A DNA stretch of 64,000 bases from Patescibacteria group bacterium. GTDB taxonomy: Bacteria; Patescibacteriota; Microgenomatia; 0-14-0-10-38-17. Positions within the stretch are counted from its first letter, which is position 1, and every line of letters begins with the position of its first letter. The stretch lies in contig JBMNVW010000003.1 in the NCBI GenBank assembly GCA_050947035.1, forward strand, positions 25,992 through 89,991, read 5' to 3'. The translations under genes and the position numbers were made by a program. The notes beneath the pieces are model-generated. The model was not told the origin of the DNA and did not search any database. It saw only the letters and a program-made list of their open reading frames with translations. This document shows, piece by piece, positions 27,964 to 37,786 of this stretch.

Positions 27964-29011
27964 CCGCGGAAGGGTCAAGAGCTGGCAGATAAGCTAAAAA
28001 ATTATTTAAGCCCTCAAAAACAAAAATAGGTTGTAAAAAACTTTGCGGCACTTCAGGATCAAAGTAGGCCAGGTAAATATTTCGGATAGTAATTGATTTA
28101 TCCTGGTCATTATCACCTAATCGAGCAATAAAACCTTGGCCAGAGTTTAATTCTTCCCAGGCGGTGACGGAAGATTTGATTGGATAGGTGCCAAAACGGT
28201 CATAGTTAATTGGATAGCGAAGATATTTACCAAAAATAAATTGCTGATAGCCGGACGAGGAAGTAACAATAAAAGAAATGTTGGCTTCATTAGGGTTGGG
28301 AGGCATGATGGGTCGATCATCGAGATCGGCTCGTCTTAAGTTAATTTTTAATAATTGACTTTCCGAAAGAGAAACAGTCTGGATTAATTGTTGTTTTTTA
28401 GAATCGTATTTTAAAAATAAATAGGTGGTTTTTTGGGGATCGATATCCTCAGGCCACATTTTGGCTTTGCCGAGAAGATTTTGGACAGCCCTAAGGGCTT
28501 GGGCCTGGCCTGGCCCTTGAGAGTTTACAAAAAAAGGTTTATTTTCCCAGGGGTAGTTAATCTCAAAATTATTATTAATAGTGTCAATTTTTAGAGTGGC
28601 CCCCGTTTCTTTGTTGCTAAAAGCAAACCGGGTTGAACTGATTTTTCCCAGTTCTCTACTAAAACCAAGGGCGGCAGCAGTTTCCCTGGTTTTATCTTCA
28701 TCGAAAAACTTTGGTCCTAAAATAGGAATAAAATAAACTCTTGCTTGAGTGCCGAGGTTGGGCAAATTACCATCAATAGTTTGCAATGAAAAAGAAAGAT
28801 CGTCCTTTTGATATTTTTCTGATCCAAAATTAAGGGAGGGAATTTTGCCTAAGGCTAAGTTGGGAGGCGGAGGTGGTTGGGGGTGACGCTCTTCCCAATA
28901 AGAACGAAAAGCTCTAGTGGCAGGAACAAGAATAATAATCGCCGCCAGACCAATAAGAGAAAATTTAATGAACTTTCGGGCATAGTGGGCAGTTTGGCTT
29001 AGTTGACTCAT
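27938..29011 (-). CDS. membrane-anchored hypothetical protein with a proline-rich segment
   Basis: ORF with N-terminal TM and a PQPPPPPN linker. No recognised domain. Confidence 0.3.
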   Translation of the reverse strand: MSQLSQTAHYARKFIKFSLIGLAAIIILVPATRAFRSYWEERHPQPPPPPNLALGKIPSLNFGSEKYQKDDLSFSLQTIDGNLPNLGTQARVYFIPILGPKFFDEDKTRETAAALGFSRELGKISSTRFAFSNKETGATLKIDTINNNFEINYPWENKPFFVNSQGPGQAQALRAVQNLLGKAKMWPEDIDPQKTTYLFLKYDSKKQQLIQTVSLSESQLLKINLRRADLDDRPIMPPNPNEANISFIVTSSSGYQQFIFGKYLRYPINYDRFGTYPIKSSVTAWEELNSGQGFIARLGDNDQDKSITIRNIYLAYFDPEVPQSFLQPIFVFEGLNNFLAYLPALDPSAVSQENQAN

Positions 29012-29076
29012 TTATTCGGCAGTGGATGATTTTCATGTTTGAGTATAGCATTGGCAAGTGATAAAATTCAAACCAA

Positions 29077-30493
29077 GATGAAACCTGTTCGTGTTCGTTT
29101 TGCCCCCTCACCCACTGGTGTTCCTCATATTGGCAATACCAGAACGGCTCTTTTTGCCTGGCTACTAGCTCGTCAAACCGGCGGCCAATTTATTGTTAGA
29201 GTGGAGGACACTGACCAAAAAAGATACCAAGAAAAATCTTTAGAAAAAATTTTAGCGATTTTAGAATTTTTAGATCTTTTCTGGGATGAGGGGCCAAAGG
29301 TTGGCGGTCCCCACCAACCCTACTTTCAGTCTCAGCGTCTAAAGCGCTACCAAGAAGTGGCTCAAAAACTGGTTGATAAGGGGGTTGCTTATTATTGTTT
29401 CTGTTCTTCGGCTCGGTTAAAAAATCTTCGCCAAGAACAAAAAGCCACTGGTAAAATTCCCAAATATGATCGCCATTGTTTGTCCTTATCAAAGTCAGAA
29501 ATTGAAAAGAAGAAAAAAACTACCCCCTATGTTATTAGATTGAAGATGCCCGATAATCAGGATTTTACCTGGAAGGATTTAGTCCAGGGTGAAATTACCA
29601 TTAATTCTAAAGATTTAGATGATCAGGTCTTGCTAAAATCAGACGGTTTTCCCACCTATCACTTAGGTGTAGTTGTTGATGATCACGATATGGAAATTAC
29701 CCACATTATTAGGGGAGTAGAATGGATTTCCTCGACTCCCAAACACCTCTTGCTGTATCAAGCTTTGGGTTGGGAGGTGCCCCAGATTATGCACCTGCCG
29801 CTTATTTTGGGGCCAGATAAGAGCAAATTGTCCAAAAGGCATGGAGCTAAGTCAATTCTTGATTATCGGGATGAGGGTTATTTAAAAGAAGCTCTGATTA
29901 ATTTTATGGCTTATCTTGGCTGGTCTTATCAAGATAACTCCCAACTGCTTTCCCTAGAAGAATTAGTAGGGGTTTTTGATTATAAAAAGATCCAAAAACA
30001 AAATGCTGTTTTTGATATTAAAAAACTAGATTGGTTTAATGCTCAATATATTAGAATGAAGAGCGATAAAGAATTAACTAAATTATTAAAACCCTTTGCT
30101 CCCGAAGAGGCGGATAAAGAGTTATTGATTAAAATTGTCCCTCTAGTTAAGGATCGGATGACGAAATTATCAGAATTTAGAAATTTAGCCGGGTTCTTTT
30201 TTGAGACTCCAAAAGTAGAAGAGACCCTTTTAGTCGAGAATGTTAAGGGGGATTATAAGAATTATTTGGCTAAAGCCATTGAGGCTCTTCAACCTATTAA
30301 AGAATGGCAGGAAAAAGAAATAACCCCAAGGTTAATGGATTTGATTGAAGAAAATGATTGGCCAACGGGCGATTTTTTTATGAGTTTGCGGATTGCTATT
30401 GCTGGTTCTCGTTATACCCCGCCGATTAACGAGTCAATGGAAATTTTAGGTAAGGAGGAAGCCTTAAAGAGAATAAAAAAACTACTTGACTGA
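29077..30493 (+). CDS. gltX: glutamate--tRNA ligase
   Basis: RFAPSPTGVPHIGN (HIGH), KLSKR (KMSKS). The ATG at 29077 is preferred. Confidence 0.9.
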
Positions 30494-30543
30494 TTTTTTT
30501 CCCCTCTTTTGATAAAATAGCATTGTTTATTGTTTTATTCTAT

Positions 30544-30615
30544 TGCCGGGTGGAGTAATGGTAGTCTCATCGCGCTCTGAACGCGAAGATCTAGGTTCGA
30601 GTCCTAGCCCGGCAA
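30544..30615 (+). tRNA. tRNA-Gln (anticodon CUG), CCA not encoded
   Basis: U1-A72 acceptor TGCCGGG/CCCGGCA, 3-bp D-stem, anticodon stem TCGCG/CGCGA with loop CUCUGAA, T-arm CTAGG-TTCGAGT-CCTAG. Confidence 0.8.
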
Positions 30616-30845
30616 CATTAGTTGCTGGGCTTAGACGAGAACCTAGTAAAGGCTCTGATTAACAAGACGAAAAAGCCGGTCGAGCTGTTGTTATATTAAT
30701 TAACAAGGCAAGAATACGGTCCTTGTCGTCTTCGAGTCCTAGCCGGGCAACATTAGTTGCTGGGTTTAGACGAGAACCTAGTAAAGGCTCTGATTAACAA
30801 GACGAAAAAGACAATCGTGTTGTTGTTATCTCAACCAAGCTATCA
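30597..30845 (+). repeat. ~134-nt tandem direct duplication (about 1.9 copies) beginning inside the tRNA-Gln T-loop
   Basis: TTCGAGTCCTAGCCCGGCAACATTAGTTGCTGGGCTTAGACGAGAACCTAGTAAAGGCTCTGATTAACAAGACGAAAAAG at 30597-30675 is repeated at 30731-30810 with 2 substitutions. The following ~30 nt are also similar. Confidence 0.75.
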
Positions 30846-30920
30846 CCTCAGGGTTTCCACCTTAAAGGTGTCAAAAGGGTTTTTTTTGAATAATAGAGGA
30901 CAAGGGGTTAAAATATAGCT

Positions 30921-31904
30921 ATGGTCAGAAAAGATATTCGTCAAGGACTTGGCCAAATCTCAAAAGAAACGGGGGCGCCAGTAAAGAAAATTTTGGACTT
31001 GTTGTTTATTTTAAAAGACGGCAAGGCGATTGAGAATAATCAACTGGTTTGCAAAATTGGCCTGTCTAGAAATGTTTTGAACCAGATAAAAGAAAGGTTG
31101 ACCTCAATCTTAGAGCCGGTATCAAAAAACACCCAGCTTAATGTTAATCAAACTAAACCAGTGCAAGCGCTTTTTGAGGCTAATTATAAACCCGAAGAGG
31201 TTCTTTGGGATGTTTTTGAGGGAGAGGCCTATAAGGGATTGGTCGCCTTTTTAAAAACTGTTGACAAGAAAAGACCATCGCCGGAAAGAAAATACGACCA
31301 ATTTGGGGCCACCATAGAAACAATTGCTCGTCGAGCCTGTTTACTTCAGTTTTTTGGTGATATTCAAAATAAAAGGCTCTTGTTTATTGGCGATGATGAT
31401 TTTGTTTCGGTTGCCGTTGCTAAAATGGGAGGGGCAGAAAATATAACCGTTGTCGATATCGACAAGCGAATTTTGGGCAGAATAAATTTTCTTTCAGATG
31501 AGAAGGGTTTAGGGATTAAGACCTTCCATTATGATGCTAGAAAAAAACTACCCGCCGACCTTGAGAAAAAATTTGACGTTGTTTTTACTGATCCTCCATA
31601 TACCCCGGAGGGTATTAGACTTTTTATTTCTCGAGCGATAGAGTCCTTGGACGGGGATAATAGGGCGGCCAGAATATACTTTTGCTATGGTAATAGCGAC
31701 AAAGCCAAAGAAAGATTTTTACCGATTTATGAAATTTTAATCAATTCGGGCCTGATGGCCAGATGGATATTTGATAAATTTAATCGATATCAAGGGGCAG
31801 AATCAATCGGCAGCGCCAGCTCTTTATTTATTGCCGAAACCACCCCTCAAACAAAATTATTAATTAAGGGAAATTATGACAAACTCATCTACACCAATAA
31901 TTAA
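30921..31904 (+). CDS. DUF43/BpsA-like aminopropyltransferase (branched-chain polyamine synthase family) with an N-terminal winged-helix-like domain
   Basis: GDDDF and DPPYT motifs, and translational coupling to a SAM decarboxylase gene. Assignment from motif memory, not a search. Confidence 0.5.
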   Translation: MVRKDIRQGLGQISKETGAPVKKILDLLFILKDGKAIENNQLVCKIGLSRNVLNQIKERLTSILEPVSKNTQLNVNQTKPVQALFEANYKPEEVLWDVFEGEAYKGLVAFLKTVDKKRPSPERKYDQFGATIETIARRACLLQFFGDIQNKRLLFIGDDDFVSVAVAKMGGAENITVVDIDKRILGRINFLSDEKGLGIKTFHYDARKKLPADLEKKFDVVFTDPPYTPEGIRLFISRAIESLDGDNRAARIYFCYGNSDKAKERFLPIYEILINSGLMARWIFDKFNRYQGAESIGSASSLFIAETTPQTKLLIKGNYDKLIYTNN

Positions 31905-32229
31905 TCAATACGTTGCCCTAGTCAAGCTTGATTCCGAAGTTGCTTTGTGGGATCAAGTCGAGAGGGTTGCTAAAGATTTAATTATTGGCCTTAATCTTAA
32001 TGTTGTTAAAAAAACAGGCTATTCGTTTCATCCTGAGGGAATTACTCTTGCCTATATTTTGTCTGAATCTCATCTTTTAATCCACACTTGGCCGGAATCA
32101 GGGCTAATTCATATTGACCTGGTCACTTGTAGTTATCGTAGTAAAGAAGAATTTAAAAAATCTTTGGAAAAAGCCTTTTCCGAATACAATGTGGTTTCAA
32201 TTAAGATAAAAGAGGTTGTCTTTGACTAG
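31876..32229 (+). CDS. speH: S-adenosylmethionine decarboxylase proenzyme (small pyruvoyl-dependent SpeH type)
   Basis: ILSESHLLIHTWPE self-cleavage (ES) motif, ~117 aa, HIDLVTC. Confidence 0.8.
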   Translation: MTNSSTPIINQYVALVKLDSEVALWDQVERVAKDLIIGLNLNVVKKTGYSFHPEGITLAYILSESHLLIHTWPESGLIHIDLVTCSYRSKEEFKKSLEKAFSEYNVVSIKIKEVVFD

Positions 32230-32263
32230 TAAGAAGGTTATTTATTTACCTAAAAGATTAGCT

Positions 32264-33061
32264 CTAAATAGCAAAAATTGGGTCTTGGCCGCATTCTTCT
32301 CGATATAAACCCCAGTTTTTTAATTGGCTTAAAATTATCCCCAAAGAAAAATAAACATCATTTATTTTCAAAGAAGATAGGGTTTCTTGAGCCCTTCCTC
32401 CTTGGCCGACAAGAGCACCAAAGCGGAGACGATGATATTCGGATAGTCTTTGGGCGCCGAAGGCAAGCTCTTGGTGGTATTGGCTGTTTTCTTGGGGCGG
32501 GACAATTGCTTCAGTATCGTATTTAATTTTTAGAGCCTCAGCACTAAGAGTGCGCCAATCAACTCGATGGTCATTTTCTGAAGAAGAAAAGCTTATTGGC
32601 TGGGGAATAATTTCTGGCGGCTCAATAGGAAGGCTGATTTGGGGAGTTTTTTTAAATAATTTAAGAAAATCCAAACCCAAATTTCCGGCCTGGGATTGAT
32701 ATAGTTTTGGAGATTCTGACAAATCCTTTTCTTTTGGCAAAATAAGGGGGATAACTAGCCGGGAGACTTTATTTAAGGAGTTTCCTCTTAGACCGTTCAT
32801 TTTTTTAATTGAAGCGGTGGTGGCTCCTAAAATTGACCATCTTTGGCTAATTTCTTCCAAGGTATCTTGAGGATAAACGGAGATAAAAACACGGGATTTT
32901 CTAAGACCTTCTTGATTGGGCGGCCTCTCTTTGGATAAAGAAAGGCCTGATTCTTTTAAACTGGCCCCCGCGGCGATTAGGGCTAATTTATAGGAAAAAG
33001 ATAAAAACTTTCTTCGATTAATTTTATTTTGAAAATTTTTACCAGTTTCGGCGCCAACCAT
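32264..33061 (-). CDS. secreted LysM-domain protein with a twin-arginine-like signal
   Basis: RRKFLSFSYKLALIAAGA N-terminus. LysM-like YPQDTLEEISQRW...NSLNKVSRLVIP. Confidence 0.45.
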   Translation of the reverse strand: MVGAETGKNFQNKINRRKFLSFSYKLALIAAGASLKESGLSLSKERPPNQEGLRKSRVFISVYPQDTLEEISQRWSILGATTASIKKMNGLRGNSLNKVSRLVIPLILPKEKDLSESPKLYQSQAGNLGLDFLKLFKKTPQISLPIEPPEIIPQPISFSSSENDHRVDWRTLSAEALKIKYDTEAIVPPQENSQYHQELAFGAQRLSEYHRLRFGALVGQGGRAQETLSSLKINDVYFSLGIILSQLKNWGLYREECGQDPIFAI

Positions 33062-33232
33062 TTGTTAATATTATACCCATAATAATTGAATTTGTTAAAG
33101 ACAATTCTAAAGCGTTTAGGATGAGAAAGTTAACTGTAAAGATAGAAGTATGGTCTTATTTTTGCGGTTATATTGGCCAAATTGCATTAAAGGATCTAGT
33201 AGTTAATGATATAATAAGATTAAGTTAGCTTT

Positions 33233-33442
33233 ATGAATAAAGAATCTCGCCCTTTTGACCAGGAGAAAGACTTCAATCGAGTCATGTCAGAGTTGGAGGA
33301 GTTAAGAAGAGAAGGGCGAAATGTTGCTTCGGTTGAAAAAGATATTTGGCAAAAACGTCAAAAGCAAATTAACGATTTTCATTCGGAGAAGAATAAAGCT
33401 CCTTCTGTTTTTGAGGAAAATAACCAAGGAAAAATAAAATAA
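33233..33442 (+). CDS. small charged hypothetical protein
   Basis: ORF only. Confidence 0.2.
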   Translation: MNKESRPFDQEKDFNRVMSELEELRREGRNVASVEKDIWQKRQKQINDFHSEKNKAPSVFEENNQGKIK

Positions 33443-33526
33443 GAAGAAAGCTGGGAAATTATTAATTTTTTACTTGGTTTTTTCTTTTCTGATAGTTAAT
33501 TAGGAATATAATAATAAGTATTAATT

Positions 33527-34396
33527 ATGCCCGATCGTTATAGCGCTGTTTGGTTGTCCCATTCGGCAATTGCTGATTTTCAAAACTGTCCTCGAGCTTA
33601 TTTTTTGAAACATGTTTACCGGGATCCCAAAACTGGTCATAAAATAAAGTTAGTTTCTGCCCCCTTAACCTTAGGCCAAGTAGTTCACGAAACAATCGAG
33701 GAGATTTCTATTCTTCCTAAAGAGAAAAGATTTAACCAGCCCTTGATGAGTCGCTTTGAAGAAATTTGGCAAAAATTTTCTGGCCTCCGGGGTGGATTTG
33801 CTAACCTAGAAATAGAAAATCGTTATCAGCAGCGAGGCAGGGAGATGATTGCTCGTTTGACCAAACACCCTGGCCCCCTAAAAGAGTTGGCCGTAAAAAT
33901 TGATTTGGATTTACCCCACTTTTGGCTTTCTAAAGAAGACAATTTAATGCTTTGTGGCAAGATTGACTGGTTAGAGTATTTACCGGATGATGATGCCGTT
34001 GGCATTATTGATTTTAAAACTGGCAAAGGAACAGAAGAGGGCGACTCATTACAGTTGCCGATTTATCAATTAATTGCTCAAAAGTGTCAAGAAAGACCAG
34101 TAAAGCGAGCCGCGTTTTGGTATTTAGAACGGCAAGATTATCCTCAAGAGGTGGAGTTGCCAGACGAGAAAGAAACGAAAAAAAGGTTAATAAAAATCGG
34201 CAAGAAAATTCGCCTTGGTCGGCAAATGGATCGTTTTCCTTGTCCCAAAGGCGAGGCTGGTTGTCGGTATTGTTCTTCTCTTGAAGCCGTGGTTGCCGGT
34301 CAGGGAAAACTGGTCGGAACGGATGACTTTGGGGCTGATCTTTATTTTCTAGAAGAAAGCAGAACAAAAAAAACTCCCCAAAGCCGGATTCTTTAA
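33527..34396 (+). CDS. PD-(D/E)XK nuclease with a Cas4/RecB-like four-Cys cluster
   Basis: N-terminal Cys (FQNCPRAYFL), motifs GIIDFKTGK and QLPIYQL, C-terminal C..C.YC..L cysteines. Confidence 0.6.
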   Translation: MPDRYSAVWLSHSAIADFQNCPRAYFLKHVYRDPKTGHKIKLVSAPLTLGQVVHETIEEISILPKEKRFNQPLMSRFEEIWQKFSGLRGGFANLEIENRYQQRGREMIARLTKHPGPLKELAVKIDLDLPHFWLSKEDNLMLCGKIDWLEYLPDDDAVGIIDFKTGKGTEEGDSLQLPIYQLIAQKCQERPVKRAAFWYLERQDYPQEVELPDEKETKKRLIKIGKKIRLGRQMDRFPCPKGEAGCRYCSSLEAVVAGQGKLVGTDDFGADLYFLEESRTKKTPQSRIL

Positions 34397-34450
34397 TAAC
34401 TGTCTTCTTCCCCTTGACTAAACAAGGGGAGTTTTTGTATAGTTTTACCC

Positions 34451-34855
34451 ATGGCCCAACAAGACAATAAAGATCAGACTTCCGCCTTGGCTTTAGAGAA
34501 AAAAATTAGACGAACCCACAATTTAATTAAAGATGCCAAAGATAAACTAAAGGAGCAAAGAGACATGTTCAAAGATGCTTTTGAAAATGACTCTGTTTAT
34601 CAAGACCATCAGACCAAGTATGACGAAGCTAGGAATATTCTTTCGGCAACTAAAAAACAAATTTTAAAAGATCCGGCGGTGGGGGCTATGGATGAAAGGG
34701 TCAAAGAAATGCGCTTGGCCATAAGACAGCTGCAAGATTCTTTGTCTTCTGATTTGCAACAATATCAAAGTTTAACTGGTGAAAAAGTTATCGAAACAGA
34801 CGAGGGGCGATTAATGGAGATTGTTAGTAAGGCAAAGTTAGTTCGACGTTCCTGA
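34451..34855 (+). CDS. hypothetical coiled-coil protein
   Basis: ORF only. Confidence 0.25.
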   Translation: MAQQDNKDQTSALALEKKIRRTHNLIKDAKDKLKEQRDMFKDAFENDSVYQDHQTKYDEARNILSATKKQILKDPAVGAMDERVKEMRLAIRQLQDSLSSDLQQYQSLTGEKVIETDEGRLMEIVSKAKLVRRS

Positions 34856-34859
34856 TTTT

Positions 34860-35600
34860 ATGAAAAAGCAAAGTTTGGCTTTGGGAGTTATTATTTTGTT
34901 GATTTTGGCTGGAGCGGGCTTTGCTTTGCGGCCTCAGGGTGAAAAAATTCCTGGCCAAGGTGATTTTTTAACCGATGAGCTTGGTCTTGAGGAGAACAAC
35001 ACTACTGATGACAATCTAAATTTAGCCAAGAATAATTCTTATCAAGAGAAGCAAGAAACGGAAATGGAGAATAAGCAAAAACAAACTAGCTGGTCTTCCC
35101 CACCATCCCAGATTATTGATCCAGGCCGGAACTATCAGGCGGTTTTGACCACCTCGGTTGGTCAGATCACTATTGATCTGCTGGAAAAAGAGACTCCAAT
35201 AACGGTTAATAATTTTGTTTTTTTGGCTAATGAGGATTTTTATGAAGGAGTTATTTTTCATCGAGCAATCGAGGGCTTTATGATTCAGGGGGGTTGCCCT
35301 AAAGGCGATGGCACCGGTGGTCCGGGTTATCAGTTTGCTGATGAACCGTTTGAGGGTCAATATACTCGAGGAACGGTGGCCATGGCCAATTCCGGCCCCA
35401 ACACCAATGGCAGTCAATTTTTTATTATGCATCAGGATTATCAGCTTCCTCCTGATTATGTTATTTTTGGTCAGGTAGTTTCCGGAATGGAAACGGTTGA
35501 CAAGATTGCCTCAAGCCCGGTTAAGAGCAGCCCCAACGGCGAGGCTTCATTGCCGGTTGATCCGGTTACGATCACTAATATAGAAATTATTACCCGCTAA
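34860..35600 (+). CDS. ppiB: secreted cyclophilin-type peptidyl-prolyl cis-trans isomerase
   Basis: FHRAIEGFMIQGG, GPNTNGSQFFI. N-terminal signal/TM. Confidence 0.9.
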   Translation: MKKQSLALGVIILLILAGAGFALRPQGEKIPGQGDFLTDELGLEENNTTDDNLNLAKNNSYQEKQETEMENKQKQTSWSSPPSQIIDPGRNYQAVLTTSVGQITIDLLEKETPITVNNFVFLANEDFYEGVIFHRAIEGFMIQGGCPKGDGTGGPGYQFADEPFEGQYTRGTVAMANSGPNTNGSQFFIMHQDYQLPPDYVIFGQVVSGMETVDKIASSPVKSSPNGEASLPVDPVTITNIEIITR

Positions 35601-35611
35601 TCTATTTTTTA

Positions 35612-35659
35612 TTTACACCCCGGGGGTGTCGTGCCTAAAACACCCCCGGGGTGTAAAAG
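35612..35659 (+). terminator. long perfect hairpin after ppiB
   Basis: TTTACACCCCGGGGGTGT..ACACCCCCGGGGTGTAAAA, an 18-bp stem. Confidence 0.6.
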
Positions 35660-35695
35660 GGCCTTTGGGTATTATTTGCTATACTAATAAGTATT

Positions 35696-36169
35696 ATGGT
35701 TTTGGGTATTGATCCGGGTTTGGCTTCTTGTGGTTGGGCGATTTTGCCTGATAGTAAAACCCTTTCTTATTGCGGTTGTTTAGAAACAAAAAAAGCTGAT
35801 AGCTTGGCTAATCGCTTGGGTCAAATTTATGATCAAGTTATTGACCTTTGCCAAAAACACCAGGTTGAGGAACTAGCCATTGAGTCGCTTTTTTTTGCCA
35901 AAAACACCAAAACAGCTCTTTTAGTGGCCCAAGCCATGGGAGCAATTAAAGCGGCTGCTTATAAAAAGGGAGTAAGGGTTTTTGAATATACCCCCTTGCA
36001 AATTAAAATTGCCATTACCGGTTATGGTCGAGCCGAAAAAGATCAAGTTATTAGTATGATTAAGGAGGAGTTGGGGAATAACCAGCAGTTAAATAATAAT
36101 CATGCCGCCGATGCGGTAGCTGCCGCCCTGACCCATTTTTTTACCCTTAAAAAGGAGGTCTTGTCATGA
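35696..36169 (+). CDS. ruvC: Holliday junction resolvase RuvC
   Basis: MVLGIDPGL..GWAI, catalytic D/E pattern. Confidence 0.9.
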   Translation: MVLGIDPGLASCGWAILPDSKTLSYCGCLETKKADSLANRLGQIYDQVIDLCQKHQVEELAIESLFFAKNTKTALLVAQAMGAIKAAAYKKGVRVFEYTPLQIKIAITGYGRAEKDQVISMIKEELGNNQQLNNNHAADAVAAALTHFFTLKKEVLS

Positions 36170-36741
36170 TTAGTGCTTTAAACGGAACAATAAGTTTTAA
36201 AAATTTATCAGGAGTAGAGGTTCGAGCCGGCCAGGTTGGTTATTGGGTTTTGGTCCCAGCCGGACTATTGGCTGATTTGGCCCTTGGGGAAAAGGTAACT
36301 CTTTATACCAATTTAATAGTTAGCGAGAAGATGGTAGAAATTTATGGCTTTTCCTCTAGAAATGAAGTGAGAATTTTTAAAATGTTAACTTCTGTTTCTG
36401 GCGTTGGCCCCAAAACCGCTTTGCAAATTTTTAATAACCATCAAGGGGAAGAAGTTGAGCAAGCAATTGATAAGGCCGATGTCGCCTTTTTTCAATCGAT
36501 TAAGGGGATTGGTAAAAAAACCGCCCAAAGATTAATTGTTGACCTGAGATCAGTTTTAGACCAGGATCGGGTTCGAGAGGAAAAAGAAGCGGAAAGTAAA
36601 GAGCCAACTGTTTATCAGGCCTTAACCCAACTTGGTTTTAGTAAAGAAGAGATTCGTTTGGTAATTGATAAGATTAATCCCGACCAAAAAGAAGAAGAGA
36701 AAATTTCTCAAGCCTTAAGGTTTTTATCTGCTGATGACTAA
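36166..36741 (+). CDS. ruvA: Holliday junction helicase subunit RuvA
   Basis: Overlaps ruvC (ATGA). HhH motifs [19 protein letters not shown]. Confidence 0.9.
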   Translation: MISALNGTISFKNLSGVEVRAGQVGYWVLVPAGLLADLALGEKVTLYTNLIVSEKMVEIYGFSSRNEVRIFKMLTSVSGVGPKTALQIFNNHQGEEVEQAIDKADVAFFQSIKGIGKKTAQRLIVDLRSVLDQDRVREEKEAESKEPTVYQALTQLGFSKEEIRLVIDKINPDQKEEEKISQALRFLSADD

Positions 36742-37741
36742 AAAAAAGAGTCTCGACCAGGACCGATCAGAAAAAGACCTTCTTAATAGTCTGCGTCCTA
36801 AAAATTTGTCTGGTTTTATTGGCCAAAATTCATTAAAAAAACAATTAAAAATTTTTATTAAGGCGGCTAAGCAAAGAGAGGACCCCTTGGAGCATGTTTT
36901 GTTTTATGGTCCGCCCGGTTTAGGCAAAACTACCTTGGCTTGTATTTTGGCTCACGAAATGGCCACTGATATTAAAATTATTTCCGGACCAACCCTTTCT
37001 CGAGCTGGTGATTTGGCTTCGATTTTAACCAACCTTAAAGAAGGAGATATCTTGTTTATTGATGAGGTTCATCGTCTTAACAAGATAGTCGAGGAGACTC
37101 TTTATCCGGCCATGGAAGATTATGCTCTAGATATTATTGTTGGCAAAGGCCCATCAGCCCGGTCAATTAGACTAAAACTAAAACGTTTTACTGTGGTGGG
37201 GGCGACCACCCGAATTGGTCTTATCTCTTCGCCGATGAGGGATCGTTTTGGCCTGGTTCACAAATTAGGCTTTTATCAGTCGGAGAGCTTAATGGAGATT
37301 ATTACCAATTCGGCCAAAGTTTTATCAATTGATATTGATTCTAGTGGGGCCTTAGAAATTGCTCGTCGCTCTCGAGGGACGCCCAGAATTGCTAATCGTC
37401 TATTAAAAAGGGTTCGTGATTTTGCTCAAGTTAAAGGTAATGGCAAAATTGATAAAAAGACCGCCAAAAAAGCCCTTTCCGATTTGGGTATTGATAAAAT
37501 TGGCTTAACCGGTGTTGATCGAAAATTATTACGCTTGATTATTAAGAATTATCAAGGTGGTCCGGTGGGAATTGATAATTTAGGGGCGGGATTAATTGAA
37601 GATACGGGGACGATTGTTGATGTTTATGAGCCGTATTTAATGAAATTGGGTTTTTTGAAAAGAACTCCTCGAGGACGAATAGCCACCGATCGGGCTCGAG
37701 AACATTTGGGTCTATCGGTCGATCAAAAAAAGCTTGTTTAG
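36734..37741 (+). CDS. ruvB: Holliday junction helicase subunit RuvB
   Basis: [24 protein letters not shown], sensor motifs. Confidence 0.95.
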   Translation: MTKKKSLDQDRSEKDLLNSLRPKNLSGFIGQNSLKKQLKIFIKAAKQREDPLEHVLFYGPPGLGKTTLACILAHEMATDIKIISGPTLSRAGDLASILTNLKEGDILFIDEVHRLNKIVEETLYPAMEDYALDIIVGKGPSARSIRLKLKRFTVVGATTRIGLISSPMRDRFGLVHKLGFYQSESLMEIITNSAKVLSIDIDSSGALEIARRSRGTPRIANRLLKRVRDFAQVKGNGKIDKKTAKKALSDLGIDKIGLTGVDRKLLRLIIKNYQGGPVGIDNLGAGLIEDTGTIVDVYEPYLMKLGFLKRTPRGRIATDRAREHLGLSVDQKKLV

Positions 37742-37786
37742 ATTTTTTCCTCTTCTTGTTGGGGGAGTGGTACAATAGCCAAAAAC

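Noticed and set aside
30676-30730. Integrase or cargo between the two tRNA-Gln repeat units, i.e. an intact integrative element
   Set aside because: Only ~55 nt separate the units and no ORF is present. At most a scar, not an element.
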